Assembly (NCBI GenBank): GCA_902595285.1
Contig: CACJPL010000001.1
Span: 72,043-136,042, forward strand
Direction of reading: 5' to 3'
Origin: an uncultured Pelagibacteraceae bacterium
GTDB lineage: Bacteria; Pseudomonadota; Alphaproteobacteria; Pelagibacterales; Pelagibacteraceae
DNA: 64,000 nt
Shown: positions 30,841 through 40,570 of the stretch, piece after piece
How the letters are laid out: each line of letters opens with the position of its first letter
Position numbering within the stretch: position 1 is the first letter of the stretch
Position numbers and translations under genes: made by a program
Notes under the pieces: generated by a model
The model's database searches: none
What the model was told of the DNA's origin: nothing
Seen by the model: only the letters and a program-made list of their open reading frames with translations

Positions 30841-30928
30841 GATGATAATAAGCTATAATTTATTTTGCATATTGTCTATAGATAATATATATAATTTCTA
30901 TACATAAATAATTTTAAATAAGGTAACG

Positions 30929-31873
30929 ATGATTAACAAAGATTTGAAAGTAGCTGTGCTTGGTGCAGGAGCGATGGGTTGCTTGTTTGGCGGTTTGCTT
31001 GCAGAAAAAGGTTTAAATGTAATTTTAATTGATGTTTGGAAAGAACATGTAGATGCAATTAATAAAGATGGTTTGAAGATGGATGGACATGGCGGAGATC
31101 GAGTAATAAAAGTTAAAGCCACTTCAGATCCAACCTCGTTAGATAAAGTAGATGCTGTAATAGTCATGTGTAAAGCTACAGCTTTAGAGCCAGCATTAAA
31201 TAGTATTAAAAATATCATAGGAGATAAAACAGTGTTCATGTCTTTTCAAAATGGTATTGGTCATGAAGCAATTATTCAAAGTATTGTGGGTGATGAAAAA
31301 GTAATTGGTGGAACAACTACTCAGGCTTCAAATATTTTAGGACCAGGACATATAATGAATCATGGCTCGTTACCATCTTGGATTGGTGAGTACGAAGGAG
31401 GAATTACTGATCGAATTAAAGAAATAGCAGATACTTTTACAGCACATAATCTTGAAATGATTGCTGCGGAAGATGTAAAAAAAAGAAAATGGATGAAACT
31501 TTTTGCTTTAACAGCAATTGGACCATTATCTGCAATTTTTGATCTTCATCATACAGATTTATATATAAATAATAAAGCAAACGAAGTATCTCGAGGTTTA
31601 GGTAAGGAAATAATTTTAGAAACTAGAGAAGTTGCACTTGCTGATGGTGTAAATGTTTCTGAAGATGAATGTCTATTCATGTTCAATAAAATTGTTGATT
31701 CTATGCAAACTAACAAATCTTCAATGGCTTTTGATGTTCAATATAAAAGAAAAACTGAAATAGACTTTATTAGTGGTGCTGTTTCAAAAATAGGTAAAAA
31801 ACATGGTGTTAAGACACCATTAAACGACCTTATGTATAAAATGATTAAAGTGAAAGAAGGTATGTACAGCTAA
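30929..31873 (+). CDS. Ketopantoate reductase (PanE/ApbA) family
   Basis: GAGAMG, CKA, FQNGIG, WMKL, SSMAFD, TEIDFISG. Confidence 0.88.
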   Translation: MINKDLKVAVLGAGAMGCLFGGLLAEKGLNVILIDVWKEHVDAINKDGLKMDGHGGDRVIKVKATSDPTSLDKVDAVIVMCKATALEPALNSIKNIIGDKTVFMSFQNGIGHEAIIQSIVGDEKVIGGTTTQASNILGPGHIMNHGSLPSWIGEYEGGITDRIKEIADTFTAHNLEMIAAEDVKKRKWMKLFALTAIGPLSAIFDLHHTDLYINNKANEVSRGLGKEIILETREVALADGVNVSEDECLFMFNKIVDSMQTNKSSMAFDVQYKRKTEIDFISGAVSKIGKKHGVKTPLNDLMYKMIKVKEGMYS

Positions 31874-32743
31874 ATGCTTAGTACAAATAAATTAAAAAAA
31901 ATCAAAAGTAACTTTCCAGTTTTAGTTGGTGACAATGTTGTTTCTAAAAGTATATGTAATTTATTAATTAAAGAAATCAGTAACTCTAAATCATTTGATG
32001 ATATGATTATGGGTGGTAGAAGCAGAATAAATAAAGGTTCGAAAAATTTTAATTCATATATCAAAAACTCAGTTAACTCTGCAAAACTTTTTAAGCTTTT
32101 TAATAGCAAGACTTTTTATAAAAAAATTGAGAGTATTTTTATAAAAAATTTTAAAGATGGATCATGGGTTAATTTACATAAACCAAAATTCTTTAATCCT
32201 AAAAAGTTCACTATTAAAAAAAAATTAAATTCTAATGAATTAAAAAAAATGTTGGGTAATAATTATACTAATCCTAAAGTAAATTTAGATATAGATTTTT
32301 CAGTATCAAAAGGAGGATATAGATTAAGACCTCATAGGGATGATATAACTAGGCTATATAATTTCTTAATTTATCTAACTGACATACCAAAAAAGAATGG
32401 CGGCTCTCTAACTATCTATAGAAAAAAGGCTAAAAAAAATTTAAGAAAGAGTTTTAGAAGATTTCCAAAAATAAATGAGCTAGAAATAGTCAAGTCTTTT
32501 ACGCCCAAAAAAGGAACTGTTGTTTTTTTTCAATCTACTCCAAATTCTTATCATGGAGTAAAGCGCTTTATAGAGAAACATTGTCCAAAACGTTTTTTTA
32601 TTTATGGAAGTTATGCTTTAAACAAACCAGTTATATGGAATTATAAAGGAGTCTCGTATTATCCTCATATAGTTAGCAACAAAAAAAGAATGTTGACCTC
32701 TTTTCATGACGCGAACTATTTAACCACAGCACCAAAACATTGA
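31874..32743 (+). CDS. 2OG-Fe(II) oxygenase family
   Basis: PHRD...FLIYL...GG...SYHGV...R facial-triad pattern. Confidence 0.75.
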   Translation: MLSTNKLKKIKSNFPVLVGDNVVSKSICNLLIKEISNSKSFDDMIMGGRSRINKGSKNFNSYIKNSVNSAKLFKLFNSKTFYKKIESIFIKNFKDGSWVNLHKPKFFNPKKFTIKKKLNSNELKKMLGNNYTNPKVNLDIDFSVSKGGYRLRPHRDDITRLYNFLIYLTDIPKKNGGSLTIYRKKAKKNLRKSFRRFPKINELEIVKSFTPKKGTVVFFQSTPNSYHGVKRFIEKHCPKRFFIYGSYALNKPVIWNYKGVSYYPHIVSNKKRMLTSFHDANYLTTAPKH

Positions 32744-32774
32744 AATTATTTTAATGATGAAATAAATTTTAACA

Positions 32775-33755
32775 ATGACAAATACTCTTCAAAAAAAATT
32801 ATATGAGAATGGATACTTAATTGTCAAAAATATACTTAACTTTAGAAAAGACTTAAAACCAGTTCTTAATGATATGGAATTTGTCATGGATTGTCTTATT
32901 CAAAAATATGCAAAAAAAACTGAGGTTAAAAAAGTTCTTAATCTAAATTTTAAAAGAAAATATTCATATATATCAAAACTAAATATTTATGATCTGGATC
33001 AATATTTTAACACAAGATTACCAAGAGACCATGTAAAACAAGATAGTGATTATTTCGCTACTCAATCATTATGGAACTTAATTACAAATAAAAGAGTTTT
33101 AGATGTTGTAGAAAAAATTTTAGGGAAAGAAATAATGTCTAATCCTGTTCAAAATACTAGGATAAAACAACCTGAAAACAAATTGCCAAAAGGATCAATT
33201 CATGACGGCTTAAGTGGTAGAACACCATGGCATCAAGACGCTGCAGTTTTAAATTCAAGAGGACAAAAATTAACTGATATGGTTACTGTATGGATTCCTT
33301 TTACCAAAACTACTAAAAAAAATGGATGTATGATTACAGTAAAAAAAATTAATAAAATGGGATTATTAAATCATGTGTCAGGATATAGAGGACAAGTAGA
33401 ATTGAAAAATAGTGAATTACTTGATGATATGGAGCATATTTATTTGGAGGCAAACATAGGTGATGTAATATTATTGCATAAACACTCTATACATTGTTCT
33501 TTACCAAATAGATCTGATGACTTTAGAATAAGTGCTGACCTAAGATATAATATTGCTGGACAACCCTCAGGTAGAGAACCTCTTCCTAATTTCTATGTAA
33601 GGAGCAAGAATAAAAAAAATATTAAAATAAAAAATTTCAAACAGTGGTTAACTCTTTGGGAAAAGGCTAAAGAAAGTCGAGTTGGGAAATATGCTTTTAA
33701 ATATCCACTCCCAACCTACAAAACAAATAAAAGAGACTTATCAAAATTAATTTAG
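32775..33755 (+). CDS. PhyH (phytanoyl-CoA dioxygenase-like) Fe/2OG dioxygenase
   Basis: WHQD, TVWIP, NGC, GDV, HCS..N, RISADLRY. Confidence 0.85.
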   Translation: MTNTLQKKLYENGYLIVKNILNFRKDLKPVLNDMEFVMDCLIQKYAKKTEVKKVLNLNFKRKYSYISKLNIYDLDQYFNTRLPRDHVKQDSDYFATQSLWNLITNKRVLDVVEKILGKEIMSNPVQNTRIKQPENKLPKGSIHDGLSGRTPWHQDAAVLNSRGQKLTDMVTVWIPFTKTTKKNGCMITVKKINKMGLLNHVSGYRGQVELKNSELLDDMEHIYLEANIGDVILLHKHSIHCSLPNRSDDFRISADLRYNIAGQPSGREPLPNFYVRSKNKKNIKIKNFKQWLTLWEKAKESRVGKYAFKYPLPTYKTNKRDLSKLI

Positions 33756-33757
33756 TT

Positions 33758-34909
33758 TTAATTATTAAACTGAATCCACTTACTGTTATTTTTGCTTGAG
33801 TCTAAAACGGTCTCTATAAACTTCATCCCTTCAACTCCATCATAAATAGTTGGATAACAGTCATCTAACTCATCATATTTTTCATTATTTATTTGAGCAT
33901 TTAATCTTTTAGAAACATCATTATAAATATTTGCAAAACCTTCCAAATATCCCTCTGGATGACCTGGTGGAATTCTTGTAACTTCGTTAGCTTCTTTGTT
34001 CGCACTGCTACTACCTCTTGTTATTTTTTCAGTAGGTTTTCCAAATTTTGTAAAATACAAATAATTTGGATCTTCTTGTTTCCACTCTAGCCCACCTGTT
34101 TCACCATACACTCTTATTTTAAGATTATTTTCATTACCAACTGCAACTTGACTAGACCATATTGCACCTTTTGCACCACCTTTAAATCTAAGCATGATTT
34201 GTGCATTATCATCTAGTTTTCTACCTTTTACAAAAGTGTGAATGTCAGCTGACAACTCATCTAATTCTAACTCGGTTATAAATCTAATAAGATTGAATGC
34301 GTGAGTTCCAATATCTCCTATACAACCTCCTCCTCCTGATCTTTTAGGATCGGTTCTCCACTCGGCTTGTTTTAAACCAGTATCTTCGGCTTTCGTAGTT
34401 AACCAGTCTTGAGGATACTCGGCTTGTATAACTCTTATTTTTCCAAGATCACCTTCCTTTACTAGAGACCTTGCATGTCTCACCATTGGATATCCAGTAT
34501 AATTATGTGTCAAAGCAAAAATTAACTTTTTATTTTCTATAATATCTTTAAGGGAGTTTGCTTCTTCACTTGAAAAAGCAAGTGGTTTATCACAAATAAT
34601 ATGAATACCTTTTTCTGCAAAAATTTTTGCTACAGGCACATGAAGATGATTAGGAGTTACAATAGAAACAACATCTATCCCATCTGAGAGAGTAGACTCT
34701 TTTTCTGCCATTTCCTGATAAGTTTTATAGATACGTTCTTTTGACAATCCAAGTTTTCTTCCAGTTTCTTTTGAGTTATCAAAATTAGATGAAAAACATC
34801 CCGCTAATAATTCGTAATGACCATCAAGTCTTAACGCTATTCTGTGAACACCTCCAATAAAAGCGCCTTCTCCTCCACCGACCATTCCAATACGGATTTT
34901 TCTTTGCAC
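33758..34909 (-). CDS. Gfo/Idh/MocA oxidoreductase (ketosugar/inosose reductase-like)
   Basis: GMVGGGEGAFIG, CDKP, HNYTGYPM, DIGTH, PPGHPEGYLEGF. Confidence 0.88.
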   Translation of the reverse strand: MQRKIRIGMVGGGEGAFIGGVHRIALRLDGHYELLAGCFSSNFDNSKETGRKLGLSKERIYKTYQEMAEKESTLSDGIDVVSIVTPNHLHVPVAKIFAEKGIHIICDKPLAFSSEEANSLKDIIENKKLIFALTHNYTGYPMVRHARSLVKEGDLGKIRVIQAEYPQDWLTTKAEDTGLKQAEWRTDPKRSGGGGCIGDIGTHAFNLIRFITELELDELSADIHTFVKGRKLDDNAQIMLRFKGGAKGAIWSSQVAVGNENNLKIRVYGETGGLEWKQEDPNYLYFTKFGKPTEKITRGSSSANKEANEVTRIPPGHPEGYLEGFANIYNDVSKRLNAQINNEKYDELDDCYPTIYDGVEGMKFIETVLDSSKNNSKWIQFNN

Positions 34910-35964
34910 TAATTTATACCTAGCATTTTTTTATTAGCTTCAATATCAGCACCACTTCCTGCAAAATCATCAAATGCTTTTTCTGTAGTGTTGATAATAT
35001 GATTTTTAATAAATTCAGCTCCTTCTCTTGCACCATCTTCTGGATGTTTTAAACAGCACTCCCATTCAAGAACTGCCCAACCATCATAACCATATGAAGT
35101 AAATTTTGAAAAAATTGATTTAAAATCTACTTGTCCATCACCAAGGGATCTAAATCTACCTGCTCTGTTAACCCATGATTGAAAACCACCATACACTCCT
35201 TGTTTTCCAGAAGGATTTAACTCTGCATCTTTAACATGAAACATTTTTATTTTTTCATGATAAATATCTATATGAGCCAAGTAATCTAAATTCTGTAAAA
35301 CATAATGACTAGGATCATAAAGCATATTGCATCTTTTATGGTTACCAACTTTTTCTAAAAACATTTCAAATGTAATACCATCGTGAAGATCTTCACCTGG
35401 ATGTATCTCGTAACAAAGATCAACTCCATTTTGATCAAATTGATCAAGAATTGGTTTCCATCGATTTGAAAGTTCATTAAATGCATTTTCAATTAATCCT
35501 TCAGGTCTTTGTGGCCAAGGATAAACATAAGGCCAAGCAAGTGCTCCTGAAAAAGTAACATGCCTATCTAGCCCAAGATTTTTTGAGGCTTTAGCTGCCA
35601 TCATTAATTGGTTTACCGCCCACTCTTGTCTTGCTTTTGGATTTCCCCTAACTTCAGGAGCTGCAAATCCATCAAATGCTGTGTCGTATGCTGGGTGCAC
35701 TGCAACCAACTGTCCTTGAAGATGTGTTGATAGTTCTGTGATTTCAAGATTATATTTTTTTGTTACACCTTTGATTTCATCGCAATAATCTTTGCTTTCA
35801 GATGCTTTCTTCAGATCAATTAATCTACCATCCCAACTTGGAATTTGAACACCTTTGTAACCTAATGAAGATACCCACTTACAAATATTATCTAAAGAAT
35901 TGAATGGTGCATCTTCGCCTACAAATTGTGCTAGGAAAATTGCAGGACCTTTTATATTGTTCAT
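34909..35964 (-). CDS. Xylose-isomerase-like TIM-barrel sugar isomerase/dehydratase
   Basis: KGPAIFLAQF, YEIHPGED, YDPSH, FHVKDAE, LEWE. Confidence 0.85.
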   Translation of the reverse strand: MNNIKGPAIFLAQFVGEDAPFNSLDNICKWVSSLGYKGVQIPSWDGRLIDLKKASESKDYCDEIKGVTKKYNLEITELSTHLQGQLVAVHPAYDTAFDGFAAPEVRGNPKARQEWAVNQLMMAAKASKNLGLDRHVTFSGALAWPYVYPWPQRPEGLIENAFNELSNRWKPILDQFDQNGVDLCYEIHPGEDLHDGITFEMFLEKVGNHKRCNMLYDPSHYVLQNLDYLAHIDIYHEKIKMFHVKDAELNPSGKQGVYGGFQSWVNRAGRFRSLGDGQVDFKSIFSKFTSYGYDGWAVLEWECCLKHPEDGAREGAEFIKNHIINTTEKAFDDFAGSGADIEANKKMLGIN

Positions 35965-36080
35965 AATCTCCCCCTCTCTTTGAATTTATCAACAATTTAT
36001 TTTATATAAAAAAAATACTAGCAGCCACAACTCATCTTGGGTAGACTATTCTTAAGAAAAATAAACTAAGAGGAGATAAA

Positions 36081-37385
36081 ATGAAAAAAATAATGATTTT
36101 ATTGTTTGTTTCTCTATTTTCGTTCTCTGTAAATTCAAACGCTAAGTCTATAACATTAGGTTGGGCCGCTTGGGACCCCGCTAATGCTTTACAAGAGCTA
36201 ACTAAAGAATTTACTGCTGAAACTGGAATAGAAGTTAACTTTGAGTTTGTGCCTTGGCCAAATTTTGCTGACCGTATGTTAAATGAACTTAACAACAAAG
36301 GTAAAACATTTGATCTTTTAATTGGTGACTCACAATGGATCGGTGCTGGAGCTGTATATGGGCATTATGTAAAATTGAATGACTTCTTTGATAAAGAAGG
36401 AATTTCAATGAATGATTTCTCGCCAGCAACAGTTTATGCATATTCGACTTGGCCAAAAGGTAGTAAAAACTACTATGCATTACCTGCCATGGGAGATGCA
36501 TTAGCTTGGGCTTACAGAAAAGACTGGTTCGAGAGACCGGAGCTTAAATCTGAGTTTAAAAAGAAACACGGATACGATCTAGGCGTTCCTGCAAACTGGA
36601 ATCAATTATATGATATGTGCACATTCTTCCAAGGAAGAGAAATTGATGGCCAAAAAAGATATGGAGCCGCGATTAACACAGAACGTGGATCAGAAGGTAT
36701 AACAATGGGTGTTACAGCTGCTATGTATGCATGGGGCATGGAATATGAAAATCCTAACAAACCATATGATATGGAAGGATATTTCAATTCACCACAAGCT
36801 GTAGAAGCAGTTGAGTTTTACAGAAAATTGTATGAAGATTGCGCACCTCCAGGACACTCTGATGCTTACATGGTTGCAAACTTAGATGCTTACAAATCAG
36901 GGCAAGTTGCATTTCAAATGAACTGGTATGCTTTTTGGCCTGGTGTTTCTAAAGAAGACAGCGGTGGAAGAGTTAGTGGATTCTTTGCAAATCCAAAACA
37001 AAATGTTGCAGCTGCAACATTAGGTGGACAAGGGATATCTGTTGTTAAATACTCAGACAAACAAGATCTTGCTCTTGAATACATTAAATGGTTTGCAAGA
37101 CCAGATGTACAACAAAAATGGTGGGATCTAGGTGGATACTCATGTCATAATGATGTTTTAAATTCACCATCATTTCCAACATCTACTGTTTATGCACAAG
37201 GATTCTTGGACTCAATGGGAATTGTCAAAGATTTTTGGCAAGAACCAACATTCGTCGAGTTAATGCTTCCTATGCAAGAAGCAATTCATGACTATGTTGT
37301 TAATGGAAAAGGAACTGCTAAAGAAGCTCTAGATAAAATTATCGAGGAGTGGGTTGAAGTGTTTGAAGCAGACGGAAAACTTTAA
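36081..37385 (+). CDS. Polyol/sugar ABC substrate-binding protein (Mpt-like)
   Basis: WAAWDPAN, GDSQWIGAG, LGGQGIS resemble rhizobial erythritol/polyol SBPs. SD GAGGAG upstream. Confidence 0.85.
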   Translation: MKKIMILLFVSLFSFSVNSNAKSITLGWAAWDPANALQELTKEFTAETGIEVNFEFVPWPNFADRMLNELNNKGKTFDLLIGDSQWIGAGAVYGHYVKLNDFFDKEGISMNDFSPATVYAYSTWPKGSKNYYALPAMGDALAWAYRKDWFERPELKSEFKKKHGYDLGVPANWNQLYDMCTFFQGREIDGQKRYGAAINTERGSEGITMGVTAAMYAWGMEYENPNKPYDMEGYFNSPQAVEAVEFYRKLYEDCAPPGHSDAYMVANLDAYKSGQVAFQMNWYAFWPGVSKEDSGGRVSGFFANPKQNVAAATLGGQGISVVKYSDKQDLALEYIKWFARPDVQQKWWDLGGYSCHNDVLNSPSFPTSTVYAQGFLDSMGIVKDFWQEPTFVELMLPMQEAIHDYVVNGKGTAKEALDKIIEEWVEVFEADGKL

Positions 37386-37411
37386 CATTAATAGTTAAGA
37401 AATTAAAAATT

Positions 37412-37438
37412 AGGGGGGGTTAAACCTCCCCTTTTTTT
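37412..37438 (+). terminator. Intrinsic terminator/attenuator after the SBP gene
   Basis: AGGGGGGGT-taa-ACCTCCCCT stem (one G-U pair) ending in a T7 run. Confidence 0.75.
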
Positions 37439-37451
37439 ATTAAAAATTCAT

Positions 37452-38351
37452 ATGAGCGTGAAAAAAAAATTCAAGGGACTTTCTGACAAAGCTGTAGGTT
37501 GGCTTTTTATTGGACCAACTGTACTTCTGCTGCTGGCTATTAATATTTATCCGTTGGTCTATGCAATCAAAATGTCTTTTACAAATTTTTACGCGAATAA
37601 AATTGGAAGAGAACCTCAATTTGTTGGTTTAAAAAATTATATTAAAGTTCTTAATAAAGAAGCCATATGGGAAAAAATGCAAGTTACAGCAAGCTTTATG
37701 TTTTGGACTTTGTTGCTTCAAGCAATTATAGGTTTAGGTTTAGCTTTACTTCTAAACAGGAAATTTAAAGGTAATGAACTACTAACCACATTAATAGTTT
37801 TGCCCATGATGTTATCACCTGCAGTAGTAGGGGTATTTTGGACTTATCTTTATAATCCTCAAGTAGGTCTATTTAATTACGTGGTTAATTTTTTCTATGA
37901 TTTAGGAAGCTTTGACATGATTGGTTCAAGTACGCTTGCTCCTTGGGCTATTGTTATTGTTGATACATGGATGTGGACACCTTTTACAATGTTAATTTGC
38001 TTAGCAGGTCTACGATCTGTTCCAAATTATTTATATGAAGCTGCAGAAGTTGATAGAGCCAGTAAATGGCAGCAATTCATTTATATTACTTTGCCTTCTG
38101 TTTTGCCGTTTTTATTATTAGCTTTGCTGTTTAGAGGGATTGAGAATTTTAAAATGTTTGACATGGTTGTTGAGCTGACCTCAGGTGGTCCTGGATCTGC
38201 CACTGAGCTTGCTTCAATAAATTTAAAAAGAGAAGCTTTTGAAAAATGGAAAACTGGTTATAGCTCTGCATTTGCTGTTATTCTTTTTGTAACCATTTTT
38301 GGTTTTGGAAATGTATATGTAAAAGTAATGAATAAAATAAAGGAACGCTGA
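37452..38351 (+). CDS. Carbohydrate ABC permease
   Basis: LPMMLSP, DTWMWTPF, LYEAAEVD. Confidence 0.9.
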   Translation: MSVKKKFKGLSDKAVGWLFIGPTVLLLLAINIYPLVYAIKMSFTNFYANKIGREPQFVGLKNYIKVLNKEAIWEKMQVTASFMFWTLLLQAIIGLGLALLLNRKFKGNELLTTLIVLPMMLSPAVVGVFWTYLYNPQVGLFNYVVNFFYDLGSFDMIGSSTLAPWAIVIVDTWMWTPFTMLICLAGLRSVPNYLYEAAEVDRASKWQQFIYITLPSVLPFLLLALLFRGIENFKMFDMVVELTSGGPGSATELASINLKREAFEKWKTGYSSAFAVILFVTIFGFGNVYVKVMNKIKER

Positions 38352-39295
38352 TGGATACCTCTAGATCATATTTGGAACCTTCATCTTTTTCAAAAAAAAT
38401 GGCTGCTGCTATTATAATAGTTTACGCTGTTATTACTTTGATACCAATATCATGGATGGTAATGACAAGTTTTAAAAATGTTGATAGTGCTATTTCATAT
38501 CCACCTGAAGTATTATTTGAACCCTCACTAGAGGGATATGTTAACTTATTTACTAATAGATCAAGACAATCACAGGAATACCTTGACTCATTACCACCAC
38601 CAAAAAATTGGTATGAAGAATTAGTTAGAAGTAGAGAGATGGTTATAACAGGACCATCTAAATTTTTGGGAAGATACTCAAATTCAATGATAATAGGATT
38701 TGGTTCAACTTTTGCATCTGTATTTTTAGGAGCATTGGCTGCATATGCATTTTCAAGATTTAGAGTTCCTTTAAAAGATGATTTATTATTTTTTATTCTT
38801 TCGACCAGGATGTTTCCCCCAATAGCAGTAGCTGTTCCTATATTCATTATGTATAGAAAATTAGGGCTTGGAGATACTCATCTTGGAATGATCATATTGT
38901 ATACTGTTGTAAACTTAAGTTTAGCTGTTTGGTTATTAAAAGGATTTATGGATGAAATTCCTAAAGAATATGAAGAAGCAGCTATGATCGATGGATATTC
39001 AAGACTTCAAGCTTTCTTCAAAGTTGTTCTTCCACAAGCAATGACTGGTATAGCTGCAACCGCAATTTTTTGTATGATTTTTTCATGGAATGAATACGCT
39101 TTTGCTGTTTTGCTAACTCAATTCAATGCACAAACAGCTCCACCATTTATTCCTACAATCATTGGTGAAGGAGGTCTTGATTGGCCAGCAATTGGTGCGG
39201 GAACAACTTTATTTCTATTACCTGTTATGATTTTTACAATCATTTTAAGAAAACATCTTTTGAGAGGTATTACCTTTGGAGCAGTGAGAAAATAA
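38351..39295 (+). CDS. Carbohydrate ABC permease
   Basis: EEAAMIDG EAA loop, LLRGITFGAVRK. Confidence 0.9.
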   Translation: MDTSRSYLEPSSFSKKMAAAIIIVYAVITLIPISWMVMTSFKNVDSAISYPPEVLFEPSLEGYVNLFTNRSRQSQEYLDSLPPPKNWYEELVRSREMVITGPSKFLGRYSNSMIIGFGSTFASVFLGALAAYAFSRFRVPLKDDLLFFILSTRMFPPIAVAVPIFIMYRKLGLGDTHLGMIILYTVVNLSLAVWLLKGFMDEIPKEYEEAAMIDGYSRLQAFFKVVLPQAMTGIAATAIFCMIFSWNEYAFAVLLTQFNAQTAPPFIPTIIGEGGLDWPAIGAGTTLFLLPVMIFTIILRKHLLRGITFGAVRK

Positions 39296-39486
39296 TGCAA
39301 GAAGAAAAGTCATTAATGAGAAGAATATTTAGAAGAGTTTACTGGGAAAATTTATCGACAATATTAATTTTAATTGGAGTTTTTATGTTGTTACAACCAT
39401 TTGCGATGTGGATGTTTACTTATTCTTTTATTGTAATTTTAGTAGGAACTATAGGTTTCATAATCACAAGCCACTTTCCGGATTAA
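39295..39486 (+). CDS. Small 2-TM membrane protein in the ABC operon (63 aa)
   Basis: ATG 39295 overlaps the upstream TAA; two hydrophobic helices; ends SHFPD 1 nt before the next ATG. Confidence 0.7.
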   Translation: MQEEKSLMRRIFRRVYWENLSTILILIGVFMLLQPFAMWMFTYSFIVILVGTIGFIITSHFPD

Positions 39487-39487
39487 T

Positions 39488-40570
39488 ATGTCTCGAATTA
39501 AAATAGTAAATTTACAAAAATCATTTGGTGATTTTACTGCAGTTAAAAATTCTAATTTAACGATTAATGATAAAGAATTCTTTGTTTTACTTGGACCCTC
39601 TGGTTGTGGAAAAACTACAACACTTCGAATGATTGCAGGATTGGAATTACCCACATCTGGTGAGATATATCTTGGAGATGAAGAAGTTGGAATGTTAAGA
39701 GCATCAGAAAGAGATATTGCTTTTGTTTTTCAATTATTTGCCCTCTATCCACACATGAATGTAAGAAACAATTTATCATTTCCTCTAAAAATGCAAGGTT
39801 ATAAAAGAAGTGATATAAAAAGTAGAGTTGAAGAAGCAGCAAAACTTTTAAGAATTGATCATATTTTAAATTCTAATATTTCCTCTCTTTCAGGTGGAGA
39901 TAGACAGCGAGTAGCCTTAGGTAGAGCGCTAGTTAGAAGACCAAAAGCATTTTTAATGGACGAACCATTGGGAACTTTGGATGCTGAATTTAGAGAATTA
40001 ATGTGTCTAGAATTAAAAAAACTACATTTAGATATTGGAGCAACCACAGTTTATGTAACTCATGATCAATTAGAAGCAATGTCTTTGGCTGACCGAATTG
40101 CAGTTATGGATGGTGGTGAAATATTACAAGCTGATGAACCTAATATTATTTACAATAAACCTAAAACTAAATTTGTAGCCTCATTTATAGGATCTCCTGG
40201 TATGAACTTTTTTGAAGTAGATGAAGGAATTTCTAAAGATCAATCTTTTGTAAATATCGAGGGTACTAAATTTAATATCCCCAAACAACTTGAGGAGTCA
40301 AAAGGTAGTAAAAATTTCTTTGGTATACGTCCAGAAAATTTAACTCTTAGTAATAACGAAGGTCTGAAAGGTTCAGTTTTTGGAGTAGAATATTTAGGAT
40401 CAAGAAAAATAATTACAGTCAAAACAAGTTTAGGTGAAATTAAAGTAAAAACAGATATTTCTATTAGCGTTAAATTAGATGAAAATGTTCAAGTTAAACC
40501 TTTAAATAATAATATTATTATTTTCGACGGTGAAACAGACAAATCTTTAATCAGTGAGTTTATACAATAA
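39488..40570 (+). CDS. Sugar ABC ATPase
   Basis: GPSGCGKTT, LSGGDRQR, MDEPLG. Confidence 0.93.
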   Translation: MSRIKIVNLQKSFGDFTAVKNSNLTINDKEFFVLLGPSGCGKTTTLRMIAGLELPTSGEIYLGDEEVGMLRASERDIAFVFQLFALYPHMNVRNNLSFPLKMQGYKRSDIKSRVEEAAKLLRIDHILNSNISSLSGGDRQRVALGRALVRRPKAFLMDEPLGTLDAEFRELMCLELKKLHLDIGATTVYVTHDQLEAMSLADRIAVMDGGEILQADEPNIIYNKPKTKFVASFIGSPGMNFFEVDEGISKDQSFVNIEGTKFNIPKQLEESKGSKNFFGIRPENLTLSNNEGLKGSVFGVEYLGSRKIITVKTSLGEIKVKTDISISVKLDENVQVKPLNNNIIIFDGETDKSLISEFIQ

